This document shows positions 9,336 to 19,655 of a DNA stretch of 64,000 nt, piece after piece. A program made the translations under genes and the position numbers. The number at the start of each line of letters is the position of its first letter. Positions within the stretch are counted from its first letter, which is position 1. The notes below the pieces were generated by a model. That model was given only the letters and a program-made list of their open reading frames with translations, made no database searches and had not been told where the DNA came from. The DNA comes from Rubrivivax sp. (lineage in GTDB: Bacteria; Pseudomonadota; Gammaproteobacteria; Burkholderiales; Burkholderiaceae_C), in NCBI GenBank assembly GCA_044374875.1, contig JBILNT010000001.1, positions 2,214 through 66,213 on the forward strand. Reading direction: 5' to 3'.

Positions 9336-12116
9336 TCAGCCGGTGGTCTGCAGGAGGCGCTCGACCTCTGCCTGCCCGCCGTAGCGCTTGCCGAGTGCCT
9401 TGACCGCCTCCAGTTCCTTGCGCGCCTGCACCTTGTCACCGGCCAGCAGGTAGATGCGGGCGAGCGACACGCGCAACGAATGCATCTCGGGTGCCAGCCG
9501 CATCGCCTCACGCTGTGTCTCCAGCGCCTTGGCAAACTGCTTCTCCGATGCCAGCGCCAGCGACAACGTGTCCATCATCGAGGCGGTCTTCGGGCTCAGC
9601 GACACCGCCTTCTCCGCCAGTGGCAGCGCCCCGGGCTTGCCCTGCTCGAGCAGCACGTAGGCCAGGTTGTTCAACGCCAGCGGGTTGTCGGGCTGCCCGG
9701 CGAGGATGGTGCGGAAGTGGCCCTCCGCCACCGGCATCGCCTTCTGGCGGATGGCCAGGTAGCCCAGGTACTCCAGGAACACCATGTCCTGCGGCCGTTC
9801 CTTGAGCCACGCCTGTTCGAAGCGCGCGGCCTCCGCAGGCTGCCCGCTCTCGATGAGCGCGCCGTGCACCTTGGTCGCCACCTTGGCATGGCGGTCACGC
9901 GCCAGCGCGGCGCGGTAGGCCGTCAGCGCGGCGGGCCAGTCGCGGCGCGCCATGTGCGCATCGCCCTCGACGAGCAGGCCCACCGAACTGCCGGGCCACT
10001 CCTTCTGGATGTCGCGGGCCGTCTTCACCGCCTCTTCGGGGCGACGGGCCCTGACCTGCAGCTCGGCCAGCTGGATGCGCACCGGCAGCGACTTCGGCGC
10101 CCGTTGCGACGCGCGCGTCATCGCCTCGATCGCGCCGGCCGTGTCGTTGGCCGCCGCGAAGGCCGCCGCCATGCGCAGCTGGGGTTCGACAGCCTGCGGC
10201 TGCAGCGCAGCCACCTTGCGGAACGAATTCAGGGCCTGCTCGTTCTCGCCGGACTGGAGCTGGGCGTCGCCCAGCGCCAGCTGCACCTGTGGATGGTCCG
10301 GCAGGGCGACCGCCGCCTCGCGTGCGGCAGCGAGGGCCTGCTTGGGGTCGTTGCGGCGCAGGAGATGACGAACCAGGAGCAGATGCGAACCGGCGTCCAG
10401 CGGGTTGGCCTGCACGGCACGGCGCAGCAGCTCGGTCACCTCGGCGGCGGGTGCGCCGGCAGCCGCGCGCAGCTCGGCCAGGCCCACCAGGGCCTGGACA
10501 TTGCGCGGGTCGCGCTCGAGCAGGCGATCGAGGTGCTTTCGCGCCTCGTCCGGCTTCTTCTCGCCCAGGTCCATGCCCGCCAGCGCGGCCGCCGCCGGGT
10601 AGTAGGTCGGGTCGATCTCCAGCGCGCGCGCGAAGCTCTTGCGCGCTCCAGGCAGGTCGCGCTTGTTCAGCAGCACCCGTGCGCGCAAGTTGGCCGCCGT
10701 CGGCTGGTCGGGCTGCTTCTTCTCGAGCTGCCCGATCGCCCGCAGGGCGCCATCGGTGTCACCGCGCCGCAGCCGGGCGCTGATCAGCGTCATGTCGGCC
10801 ACCGTGCCCGACTTGTCCTCGGCCGCGATCTGCTGCAGCTCCGCCAGTGCGCTGTCGACGTCGCCGCGGGTCATCCGGCTGAGCACCAGGGCCGTGCGCA
10901 CGGTGGCATCGGAGGGCCTGAGCCGGGCAGCCGCCGTGAAGAACGCCTCGGCCTGGCGCGCGTCGCCCTTGAGCAGCATGGCCTCGGCCGCGAGCGTCAG
11001 CGACTCGAAGTCGCGCCCTCGCGCCACCATGGGCGCCACCGCCGCGAGGGCCTTGTCGGCCTGCCCGCTGCGCAGGAAGGTGGCGGCCAGCAGGCGCCGC
11101 GCCACCGTGAGCTCTGGCGCCAGCGAGATCGCCTTTTGCAGGTGCGTCTCGGCCTGCAGCAGGTTGCGCTCGTGGAACTCCACCGTGCCCGCCAGCTGCA
11201 GCACGCGCACGTTCCCGGGCGCGATCTTCAGCAGCTGCTGCGCCAGCTCGCGCGCACGCTTGAAGTCACGCTCGCCCAGCGCGAGCTGCGCCTCGAAGAA
11301 CCTCGTCTGAGGGTGCGCGGGGAGCGCGCTGCGCATCTCCTCGATGAGTGCCTTGTAGCGGGCAAGGTCGTGCTGCGCGAGCGCCAGCCCCACCCGCCCG
11401 GTGTGGCCCGCCACCGACTTGGGGTCGAGTTCGATCACCTTGTCGTAGGCCGCGTGCCCGGCCTGCGGGTCGCGCTTCCCGTACGCCATCAGGGCCGCCT
11501 TCTGCACCCACGCTTCCTTGTCCTTCGCATCCCGCGCCAGCACCTGCTCGATCAGGGCCAGCGATCCGTCGAGGTCGCCGTCGGCTGCCTTCAGCCGGGC
11601 CTGCAGCAGCAACGCCGGGCCGTCCTGTGGTGCCGCGTTCAGCGCGTCGGCCAGCATGGCCAGGGCGCGTTCGCGGTCGCCCTGCTGCAGCAGCGCCGTG
11701 CTGAGCGCCGTCTTGAGCGCCGCGATCGACGCCGGGTTCTGCAGCGTCGTGCGCCCGTACAGCTCCACCAGCTGCCGGCCCTGCCCGGCCTGGAGCATCG
11801 CCCGCGCCAGCGCCGGCAGCACGTCGTTCTCGTCGTGGCGCAGGTCGTGTGCCTTGCCGAGTTCGACCATGGCCGCCGCAGGGTCGCCGCCTTCCAGCAG
11901 GGCCTTGCCCAGCAGGAAGCGCGTCTCGCCCGATTCGGGGTTCTTCTGCAGCGTCGCCTTCAGCTGCACGATCGCCGCGGCGCGGTCGTCCTTCTGCAGG
12001 TAGCCCTTGGCCGAGGCCAGCAGGTCCTGCTCGGAATCGCTGCCGCAGCCGCCCAGCGCCGCCGCGGCCAGTGCCACGGCCATCGCGGCCTTCAGCCGCC
12101 TCATCTGCTTGCCCAT
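9336..12116 (-). CDS. prsT: XrtA/PEP-CTERM system TPR-repeat lipoprotein PrsT
   Basis: Lipobox ALGGC, 926 aa of TPR repeats (e.g. ALNNLAY), position downstream of prsK-prsR. Confidence 0.92.
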   Translation of the reverse strand: MGKQMRRLKAAMAVALAAAALGGCGSDSEQDLLASAKGYLQKDDRAAAIVQLKATLQKNPESGETRFLLGKALLEGGDPAAAMVELGKAHDLRHDENDVLPALARAMLQAGQGRQLVELYGRTTLQNPASIAALKTALSTALLQQGDRERALAMLADALNAAPQDGPALLLQARLKAADGDLDGSLALIEQVLARDAKDKEAWVQKAALMAYGKRDPQAGHAAYDKVIELDPKSVAGHTGRVGLALAQHDLARYKALIEEMRSALPAHPQTRFFEAQLALGERDFKRARELAQQLLKIAPGNVRVLQLAGTVEFHERNLLQAETHLQKAISLAPELTVARRLLAATFLRSGQADKALAAVAPMVARGRDFESLTLAAEAMLLKGDARQAEAFFTAAARLRPSDATVRTALVLSRMTRGDVDSALAELQQIAAEDKSGTVADMTLISARLRRGDTDGALRAIGQLEKKQPDQPTAANLRARVLLNKRDLPGARKSFARALEIDPTYYPAAAALAGMDLGEKKPDEARKHLDRLLERDPRNVQALVGLAELRAAAGAPAAEVTELLRRAVQANPLDAGSHLLLVRHLLRRNDPKQALAAAREAAVALPDHPQVQLALGDAQLQSGENEQALNSFRKVAALQPQAVEPQLRMAAAFAAANDTAGAIEAMTRASQRAPKSLPVRIQLAELQVRARRPEEAVKTARDIQKEWPGSSVGLLVEGDAHMARRDWPAALTAYRAALARDRHAKVATKVHGALIESGQPAEAARFEQAWLKERPQDMVFLEYLGYLAIRQKAMPVAEGHFRTILAGQPDNPLALNNLAYVLLEQGKPGALPLAEKAVSLSPKTASMMDTLSLALASEKQFAKALETQREAMRLAPEMHSLRVSLARIYLLAGDKVQARKELEAVKALGKRYGGQAEVERLLQTTG

Positions 12117-12141
12117 CGAATCTTCTCCCCTGCGGACGGTG

Positions 12142-13500
12142 CTACTTGATCGCCAGCCTGTGCATCAGGTCGTAGAGCGTCGGGCGGCTCACGCCGAGGA
12201 TCTCCGACGCCTTCACGATGTTGCTGTTCGCACGCGCCAGCGCCGCGACGATGGCCCGACGTTCGGCGGCCTCGCGCACCTTGCGCAGGTCCAGGTCCGA
12301 CACGGCCTCGCCTTCCTCGCCGCTTGCCTGCGGCACCTTCAGGCCCAGGTCCCCGGCGGTCACGCGCTGGCCGTCGGCCATGATGGTCGCGCGCCTGATC
12401 ACGTTGATCAGCTCGCGCACGTTGCCCGGCCACTCGTGGTCCTCGATCGCGCGCACGGCGTCCTCCGTGAAGGAAAGCGCGCTGCGACGCTGCTCCTGGC
12501 AGAAGCGCCGGAGCATCGCGTGCGCCAGCAGCGCCGCGTCGCCCCGTCGGCTGCGCAGCGGCGGGATCTGCACCACGATCTCGGCCAGGCGGTAGAAGAG
12601 GTCCTCGCGGAATCTGCCCTCGCGGATCAGGCCCTCCAGGTCCTGGTGCGTGGCGCACACCACGCGCACGTCCACGGCGATGTCCTGTCGCGCGCCAAGC
12701 CGCTCGATGCGCCGCTCCTGCAGGAAGCGCAGCAGCTTGGCCTGCAGGCTGCCCGGCAGGTCGCCGATCTCGTCGAGCATCAGCGTGCCGCCGTTGGCGG
12801 TCTCGATCTTCCCGAGGGTCGTCTTGGTCGCGCCGGTGAAGGCGCCCTTCTCGTAGCCGAAGAGTTCGCTCTCGAGCAGGTTCTCGGGGATCGCCGCGCA
12901 GTTGATGGCCACGAAACGCCCGCTGCGCCTGCTGGCCCGGTGCAGGCCCTGCGCCAGCACCTCCTTGCCGGTGCCGCTCTCGCCGAGCAGCAGCACGGTC
13001 GCGTCGCTGGCGGCCACGCGCTCGATCGTGCGCGCGATGCGCAGCATGTCGGGGTCGCGAGTGACCAGGCCCGACAGCGCGTCGGGCTCGTGCAGCGCCT
13101 GCAGGCGGCGGTTCTCCGCCTGCAGCTCGGCCAGCCGGAACGCGCGCTCGACCGTCAGGTTCAGCACCTCCGGGTCGAATGGCTTGGCGAGGAAATCGTA
13201 GGCCCCCAGCGCGACGGCGCGCAGCGCGTGGGCCTGGTCGTTCTGGCCGGTCAGCACGATGGCCTTGACGTTCGGGTCGGCGTCGAGCAGCTGTTCCAGC
13301 AGCTTGAAGCCCTCCGAGACCGAGTCCGGGTCGGGCGGCAGGCCGAGGTCCATCGTCACCACCGGCGGCCGGTGGCGGCGGAACTGCACGAGCGCGCTCT
13401 CGCGGTCGCTGGCCGTCACCGACTCGAAGCGGTCGAGCGACCACTTGAGCTGCTTCTGCAGCGCGAGGTCGTCCTCGACGATCAGCACGGGGCCGGACAT
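12142..13500 (-). CDS. prsR: PEP-CTERM-box sigma-54 dependent response regulator PrsR
   Basis: REC domain (VEDD, MDLGLPPDPD), GESGTGKE, GAFTGA, WPGNVREL, Fis-type HTH (LGVSRPTLYDLM). Confidence 0.95.
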   Translation of the reverse strand: MSGPVLIVEDDLALQKQLKWSLDRFESVTASDRESALVQFRRHRPPVVTMDLGLPPDPDSVSEGFKLLEQLLDADPNVKAIVLTGQNDQAHALRAVALGAYDFLAKPFDPEVLNLTVERAFRLAELQAENRRLQALHEPDALSGLVTRDPDMLRIARTIERVAASDATVLLLGESGTGKEVLAQGLHRASRRSGRFVAINCAAIPENLLESELFGYEKGAFTGATKTTLGKIETANGGTLMLDEIGDLPGSLQAKLLRFLQERRIERLGARQDIAVDVRVVCATHQDLEGLIREGRFREDLFYRLAEIVVQIPPLRSRRGDAALLAHAMLRRFCQEQRRSALSFTEDAVRAIEDHEWPGNVRELINVIRRATIMADGQRVTAGDLGLKVPQASGEEGEAVSDLDLRKVREAAERRAIVAALARANSNIVKASEILGVSRPTLYDLMHRLAIK

Positions 13501-13591
13501 GCTGGCGCTCACTGGACTGCCCTCCGTGCTGCGCACTGCGGGATTCGCGCCTGGGGGCGGCTCGTCGCGGTCATCGGGTCACCCTGCGCGC

Positions 13592-15751
13592 TCATGCCTG
13601 AAGCGCGCGGCGCGCGTCACTGGAGGCCGTGGTGTCGAACAGCGGCAGCAGCATCGTCACCACCGTGCCGCGCCCCGGCGCGCTGACGACGTCGATCGAG
13701 CCGCCGAGCTCGCGGATGTACTGCAGGCTCTCGAACGAACCGATCCCCATGCCGCTGGCCTTGGTGCTGCTGAAAGGCCGGAACAGCCTGGTCTTCACGA
13801 ATTCCTCGGTCATGCCCACCCCGGTGTCGCCGATCTCCACCTTCACCTGCCCGCTGGCACGGCTGGCCCGTGCCCACACGCGGCCTTCCGGCGGCGTGGC
13901 GTCGAGTGCGTTGTGCACCATGTGGCCCAGCACGCGCTCGAGCCGCTCGTCGTGCCCGCGCGTGGCCAGCCCTTCGGGTGCGTCCACCGCGAGGCGCCGC
14001 CCGCGGGCCTCGGCCATGGCCGCCAGCCGCCGCAGGATGGGTGCCAGCTCCACGCCCAGGGTCCCCCCCGAGGGTGCGGCGCCTTCGCGCAGCTGCAGCA
14101 TCAGCCGACGCATCTTCTCCAGCGAGCTTTCCACGGTCGACAGCATGTCCTGCTGGAACTCGGGGTTGCCGTGAAGTCTTTGCGCGTTCTTCAGCATCAG
14201 GGACAGCTGCGTCACGATGTTCTTCAGGTCGTGCACGACGAACGCCGACATGCGGTTGAACGCGTCGAACTTGCGCGCCTCCAGCAGCGCCTCGGTCGCG
14301 TCCATCTGGGCCAGGAACACCGCGGCCTGCCGGCTCGCGGTCTTCAGCAGGTCGCGCACCTCCCAGTCCGGCTCCATCGGGGTGCGCGGGCGCGCCAGCG
14401 TCACGAAGCCCGAAAGCGTCTCGCCCACCATCAGCGGCACCACGAGCCATGTGCCCGGGCTCGTGACCAGCCAGCCCGGCAGCGCGATCTGCCCGTAGCG
14501 CCGCGGCGCGCTGCGGTACTCGTCGAGGTCCACCACCCAGCCCTGGCGCGCCAGGAACCGGCACAGGTCCGACGACTCGGCCTCGGCCTCGGTGACCGCG
14601 GGCACGTTCCAGCGCGCGCGCTGGCGCAACGCGGCCTCCGCGCCCGAGCGCATCCACAGGCCGCCTCCCGGCGACTCGACCATGCTCGCCAGGCCGCGGA
14701 TCACCTGCTCGGCCACCGCCGCGGGCGTGTCCCCGCGCGACAGCATCGTGGTGAATCGCAGCCACTCCTTGCGGTAGTCGTAGCGGTAGCTGAAGAAGTG
14801 CTTGCCGACGAAGACCCTCACGCGCGCGCGCCAGCTGCCCGAGAACAGCAGCACGGCCAGCATCGCGATGGCAGCCACCAGCAGGCCGATCTGCAGCGCG
14901 CGGCCCCAGTCGCCGCCGAAGTAGCGCACGTAGTAGCCCACCCCGGCCATGAACAGGAGGTAGGCCCCCACCAGCAGCAGCGTCGTCGAATAGAAGGCGG
15001 CGGAGCGCGAGAACTGCAGCCGGCCCATCCAGTCGGCGCGGCGCAGCGACGCCACGAACAGCAGCGGCACGGCCAGCAGGTGCGCCGCGCCGCGCATCGC
15101 GAGCACGTCCGCGTCCAGCCGCCCGAAGAGCAGGGCCTCCGAGAACAGGTACAGGTCGTACACCCACGCCACGGCCAGGCCCAGGCACAGCGGCTTGGCG
15201 TTCCAGCGCGAGTCCTCGGGCAGGTTGCGGAACAGCTGCTCGACGAGCAGCAGCCCGAACACCGCCGTGGCCAGCGACGTGGCCACGTGCGCGCCGGCCG
15301 CCGTCGTCTCGTGGCGGCCTGTGATCAGGCGCGCCGCCCAGGCCGCCAGTGCCGCCGCCACGATCAGCGCCGCCGCGATGCCGAGCCTGCGCACCACCGG
15401 GTTCGTCGAAGCCCTGAGTGCCGGGCGCAAGGCCAGCAGCACGAACGCGAACCAGGCCGCATGACGTGCGATGTCGGCGAAAGCCAGCGCGTGGGCGGGG
15501 GCCACGGCGCGCGTGAGGATCTCCAGCACGCCCAGCGCGGCCCAGGCGGCGCCCAGCCCCACCGCCAGCATGAAGGCACGGGCGGCCTGGCGCGCCGAAC
15601 CCTGCCCGGCGGCGCCGTCGTCCGTCGGCGCGGTCGCGTCTCGCGCCGTCCTTGCGTAACCCGTGCGCCACAGGTGAACCAGCAGCGCCACGTGTGCCGC
15701 TGCCGCGAGCCCGTAGCCCAGGACAGTGAGTTCAGCCGCCGCGCCACCCAT
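13592..15751 (-). CDS. prsK: XrtA/PEP-CTERM system histidine kinase PrsK
   Basis: Multi-TM N-terminus, KHFFSYRYDYRKEWLRF, AFVVHDLKN H-box, DTGVGM and GMGIG boxes. Confidence 0.95.
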   Translation of the reverse strand: MGGAAAELTVLGYGLAAAAHVALLVHLWRTGYARTARDATAPTDDGAAGQGSARQAARAFMLAVGLGAAWAALGVLEILTRAVAPAHALAFADIARHAAWFAFVLLALRPALRASTNPVVRRLGIAAALIVAAALAAWAARLITGRHETTAAGAHVATSLATAVFGLLLVEQLFRNLPEDSRWNAKPLCLGLAVAWVYDLYLFSEALLFGRLDADVLAMRGAAHLLAVPLLFVASLRRADWMGRLQFSRSAAFYSTTLLLVGAYLLFMAGVGYYVRYFGGDWGRALQIGLLVAAIAMLAVLLFSGSWRARVRVFVGKHFFSYRYDYRKEWLRFTTMLSRGDTPAAVAEQVIRGLASMVESPGGGLWMRSGAEAALRQRARWNVPAVTEAEAESSDLCRFLARQGWVVDLDEYRSAPRRYGQIALPGWLVTSPGTWLVVPLMVGETLSGFVTLARPRTPMEPDWEVRDLLKTASRQAAVFLAQMDATEALLEARKFDAFNRMSAFVVHDLKNIVTQLSLMLKNAQRLHGNPEFQQDMLSTVESSLEKMRRLMLQLREGAAPSGGTLGVELAPILRRLAAMAEARGRRLAVDAPEGLATRGHDERLERVLGHMVHNALDATPPEGRVWARASRASGQVKVEIGDTGVGMTEEFVKTRLFRPFSSTKASGMGIGSFESLQYIRELGGSIDVVSAPGRGTVVTMLLPLFDTTASSDARRALQA

Positions 15752-15861
15752 GGCTCACGCAATCGCTTCCACGCTGTCTGCCGGCCAGTGCCGCTGCATG
15801 CCAGGCAACCGGCCACGGGCACCGCCGGTCCGCAGCCCGGTGCGCTGCCGCAGGGCGCGGC

Positions 15862-17244
15862 TCAGCGCGCCCCCTTGCCGGTCAGCACGACGCCCACGGT
15901 CTCGAACAGCACGACCAGGTCCAGGAACAGCGAGTGGTTCTTGACGTAGTAGAGGTCGTACTGCAGCTTCTCGGCCGCGTCCTCCACGGTGGCGCCGTAC
16001 TGGTAGCGCACCTGCGCCCAGCCGGTCACGCCGGGCTTGACGCTGTGGCGCACCTGGAAGTAGGGGATCTGCCGCGTCAGCTGCTCCACGAAGTACGGCC
16101 GTTCGGGGCGCGGGCCCACCAGGCTCATCTCGCCCTTGAGCACGTTGAAGAGCTGGGGCAGCTCGTCGATGCGCAGCCGACGGATCACGTGGCCCACGCG
16201 CGTCACCCGGTCGTCCTGGGCCGTGGCCCAGCGCGGCTTGCCGTCCTTCTCGGCGTCGGTGCGCATGCTGCGGAACTTCGTCACCATGAAGGTCGTGCCG
16301 TTGCGGCCCATGCGCTCCTGCCGATAGAAGACGGGGCCACGGCTGTCCAGCTTGATCAGCACGGCGGTGGCCAGCATGACCGGCGCCGCCAGCGCGATCA
16401 GCAGCGTGCTGAAGACGATGTCCGAGAGCCGCTTGATGGTCGTGCGCAGCGCGCCCTGGTTGAAGCCGTCCCCGAAGATCATCCAGCCCGCGTTCACGTA
16501 GTCCAGGCGCAACTGCCCGAGCCGCTTCTCGAAGTGCGTCGGCAGGTCGTAGACCTTCACCCCGAAGATCTTGCAGTCGAGAAGCTGGCGCAGCGGCATG
16601 CTGCCCGCGCGGCGTTCCGTGAGCGCCACGACGATCTCGTCGACCCCCAGCGACAGCGCCGTCTCCGACAGGTTGCCGCTGGGCTGCAGCACCTGCGCGG
16701 CCGGCACCACGATCGCCTTCTCGTTGGGGCCTGGGAGATAGCCGACGATCTCGACGTTCGGGTCGGCATGCAGCAGCGTGTCTCCGACGATCTGCGCCGG
16801 CGCCCCGGCACCGAAGACCAGCACCCGGGTGCGCGAGCGGGGCTTCACGCCCCAGTGCGTGAGCCAGGCGCGTCGCAGCACGATGGTCGTCACGCCGATG
16901 AGCGCCCCGGCCTGGATGGCGTCGCGGTTGGGCACGCCGGCCGGCAGCAGGGAGAAGATGAACCACGTCACCGGCAGCGCCAGGCACAGTGCCAGGGCGG
17001 CACGCGCCAGGGCCTGGGTCGTCGTCAGGCGACTCGACTCCTGGTACATCCCCGACGCCGTGCCGATCACGAACATGCTTGCTGCCAGCGAGAGCACGTG
17101 GGCTCCGGCGTGCGGCATCCAGCGATCGAAGGCGCCGGCCTGCCAGACGAACATCGCCACGATCGCCAGCACCAGCAAGGCGATGTCGAAGGACGCCTGC
17201 AGGAGCGTGTCGCGATGGACGTGGTGGTTGAACAGGCGAATCAT
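15862..17244 (-). CDS. PEP-CTERM system priming sugar transferase (polyprenyl glycosylphosphotransferase, TIGR03013-like)
   Basis: KFRSMRTDAE, RIDELPQLFNVLKGEMSLVGPRPE, KPGVTGWAQV, YDLYYVKN. Confidence 0.93.
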   Translation of the reverse strand: MIRLFNHHVHRDTLLQASFDIALLVLAIVAMFVWQAGAFDRWMPHAGAHVLSLAASMFVIGTASGMYQESSRLTTTQALARAALALCLALPVTWFIFSLLPAGVPNRDAIQAGALIGVTTIVLRRAWLTHWGVKPRSRTRVLVFGAGAPAQIVGDTLLHADPNVEIVGYLPGPNEKAIVVPAAQVLQPSGNLSETALSLGVDEIVVALTERRAGSMPLRQLLDCKIFGVKVYDLPTHFEKRLGQLRLDYVNAGWMIFGDGFNQGALRTTIKRLSDIVFSTLLIALAAPVMLATAVLIKLDSRGPVFYRQERMGRNGTTFMVTKFRSMRTDAEKDGKPRWATAQDDRVTRVGHVIRRLRIDELPQLFNVLKGEMSLVGPRPERPYFVEQLTRQIPYFQVRHSVKPGVTGWAQVRYQYGATVEDAAEKLQYDLYYVKNHSLFLDLVVLFETVGVVLTGKGAR

Positions 17245-17336
17245 GGTTGGTCACGGGCTGAGGACGCCTGGCGGCTGCACGGCCCGGACGCGGTGTGCCG
17301 TCACGGCCCGGCACCCCCCGTGGGTGCGGCTGAGGG

Positions 17337-17385
17337 TGTCGAAGAACCTTCCACCGTCTGAAGGCGAATGTAAGGAGCGCCGACG
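17337..17385. promoter_or_regulatory. Two candidate PrsR (PEP-CTERM box) enhancer sites in the divergent intergenic region
   Basis: TGTCGAAGAACCTTCCA (17337-17353) and TGTAAGGAGCGCCGACG (17369-17385) resemble, in opposite orientations, the TGTAAAGCCTTCCGACA box upstream of the PEP-CTERM gene. Confidence 0.5.
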
Positions 17386-17648
17386 GCCACTCACAATCCC
17401 TGGACTGAGGGGGCCGGGGGTTCGAGCAAGGTGGCGGAGCCAAGCCTGCTCGAGACCGCATCGCGTGACCCGCGGCGTACGACTGGTTTCTCTCCCGGGA
17501 AGATGACACGGTGCGCCGGCCACCCCCCGCAGTACCATTGCCCCTGCGGTTGTTCACGGCCGGATCCGGGTGGGACTGTTCTGTCGCACCCCCGGCCGTT
17601 GACATGGAAGGTCCTCTCCCCTGGCCGCAGCGGAGCGGCAACAACGAG

Positions 17649-18542
17649 GTGAGTCGAGTGCAGGGAGTGAGGTTCTCTTACGCGGACGCGTTCTCGCGCA
17701 ATCTCGGCTGGGTGACCGAGGCCGAGCAGGAGCGCCTGCGCTGTGCGCGCGTGGCGGTGGCCGGCATGGGTGGCGTGGGCGGCGTGCACCTGCTCACGCT
17801 GGCGCGCCTGGGCATCGGCCGTTTCGCCATCGCCGACTTCGACCGCTTCGACATCGCGAACTTCAACCGCCAGGTCGGTGCCAGCCTGCAGACCCTCGGC
17901 CGGCCCAAGGCCGAGGTGCTGCGCGAGATGGTGCTGGACATCAACCCCGAGGCCGATGTCACGGTGTTCGCCGACGGCCTGGGCCCGGCCAACCTCGACG
18001 CGTTCCTGGCCGGGGCCGACGTCTACCTCGACGGCCTGGACTTCTTCGCCTTCGACGTGCGGCAGGCCGTCTTTCGCCGCTGCGCGCAGCGCGGGATCCC
18101 GGCCGTCACGGTGGCGCCGCTCGGCATGGGCGCCGCGCTCGTGAACTTCGTGCCCGGGGGCATGGGCTTCGACGACTACTTCGGCTGGCGCGACGGCATG
18201 GGCGAACTCGACAAGGCGCTGCACTTCGTCGTCGGCCTGTCCCCCTGGGCGCCGCACATCGGCTACCTGGTGGACCGCTCGCGCGTGAACCTCGCCGAGC
18301 GCCGCGGACCTTCCACCATGATCGCCTGCCAGATCTGCGCCGGCGTGGCCGGCGCCGAGGTGCTCAAGCTCGTGCTCGGGCGCGGCGACGTGATCGCCGC
18401 GCCGCGCAGCGTGCAGTTCGACGCCTACCGCAACAAGCTCGTCACGGCCTGGCGGCCCGGCGGGCATCGACACCCGCTGCAGCGCCTGGCGCTGGCCATC
18501 TCGCGGCGCAAGCTGGCCGCGCTGCAGGGCGGGGCGCCATGA
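17649..18542 (+). CDS. ThiF/MoeB/E1-family adenylyltransferase
   Basis: GMGGVG, DFDRFDIANFNRQ, PKAEV, YLDGLD. Start is GTG 17649 or 17667. Confidence 0.9.
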   Translation: MSRVQGVRFSYADAFSRNLGWVTEAEQERLRCARVAVAGMGGVGGVHLLTLARLGIGRFAIADFDRFDIANFNRQVGASLQTLGRPKAEVLREMVLDINPEADVTVFADGLGPANLDAFLAGADVYLDGLDFFAFDVRQAVFRRCAQRGIPAVTVAPLGMGAALVNFVPGGMGFDDYFGWRDGMGELDKALHFVVGLSPWAPHIGYLVDRSRVNLAERRGPSTMIACQICAGVAGAEVLKLVLGRGDVIAAPRSVQFDAYRNKLVTAWRPGGHRHPLQRLALAISRRKLAALQGGAP

Positions 18543-19642
18543 TGGAGCCGATGGCCGGCATCGACGCGATGCGCGCCATCCTCGACCAGGCGCGCTGGGC
18601 GCCCAGCGGCGACAACACGCAGCCGTGGCGGTTCGAGATCGTCTCGCCCTCGCACGTCGTCGTGCACGGCCACGACACGCGCGACCACTGCGTCTACGAC
18701 CTCGACGGCCGCCCGAGCCAGATGTCGCTGGGTGCGCTGCTGGAGACCCTTCGCGTGGCGGCCAGCATGCACGCACTTCGCGCCGACGTCCGGCGCCGCG
18801 AAGACCTGCCCGACACCACGCCGACGTTCGACGTGCGGCTGGTGCCTGACCCCGAAGTGACCGCCAGCCCGCTGGCCGCCGTGATCGAGAAGCGATCGGT
18901 GCAGCGCAGGCCGCTGTCCACCCGACCGCTTTGCGCCGCCGAGAAGGCCGCGCTCGAGCAGGCCGTGGGCCCCGCCTACGAGATCGTCTGGATCGAAGGG
19001 TTCGCGGGCCGGTTCGCGGCGGCGCGGCTCATGTTCCGCAACGCGAAGATCCGCCTGACCCTGCGCGAGGCCTGGGAGGTGCATCGCAGCATCATCGACT
19101 GGGGCCGGCGCTTCAGCGAGGACAAGGTGCCGGACCAGGCGCTCGGTGCCGACGCGGTGACGCTCCAGCTCATGCGCTTCGTGCTGGGCAGCTGGGAGCG
19201 CGTGCGCTTCTTCAACCGCTTCCTTGCCGGCACCTGGGGGCCGCGACTGCAGATGGACCTGCTGCCGGGCATCGCCTGCGCGGCCCACTTCGCGCTGCGC
19301 GCCCGCCGCGTCCCTGTCACGGTCGACGACTGGGTCGATGCCGGCCGGGCGGTGCAGCGCTTCTGGCTGACCTGCACGTGGCTGGGCCTGCAGAAGCAGC
19401 CCGAGCTCACGCCGCTGGTCTTCGCGCGCTACGTGGCCGACGGCGTGCGCTTCACGGCGCAGCCCGAGGGCATCGAGCTGGCGCGCGGCCTGGTCGACCG
19501 GCTGGTGCGGCTGGTCGGGCACCCGCCGGGCGAGCTGGTCTGGATGGGCCGGGTGGGGCACGGGCCGATGGCGCTGTCGCGTTCGCTGCGGCTGCCCCTC
19601 GAGCGCCTGGGCGTGCCCGGGCCGCCTGTCGACGGCCGCTGA
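18539..19642 (+). CDS. Nitroreductase-fold flavoprotein (Acg/MoeY C-terminal-like)
   Basis: ARWAPSGDNTQPWRF motif, RSVQRR, AGRAVQRFWL; ATGA overlap with the ThiF gene. Confidence 0.85.
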   Translation: MMEPMAGIDAMRAILDQARWAPSGDNTQPWRFEIVSPSHVVVHGHDTRDHCVYDLDGRPSQMSLGALLETLRVAASMHALRADVRRREDLPDTTPTFDVRLVPDPEVTASPLAAVIEKRSVQRRPLSTRPLCAAEKAALEQAVGPAYEIVWIEGFAGRFAAARLMFRNAKIRLTLREAWEVHRSIIDWGRRFSEDKVPDQALGADAVTLQLMRFVLGSWERVRFFNRFLAGTWGPRLQMDLLPGIACAAHFALRARRVPVTVDDWVDAGRAVQRFWLTCTWLGLQKQPELTPLVFARYVADGVRFTAQPEGIELARGLVDRLVRLVGHPPGELVWMGRVGHGPMALSRSLRLPLERLGVPGPPVDGR

Positions 19643-19655
19643 CGCCACGCCCCCC

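Noticed and set aside
17599-17604. Perfect TTGACA upstream of the ThiF gene
   Set aside because: No plausible -10 hexamer at 16-18 bp spacing.
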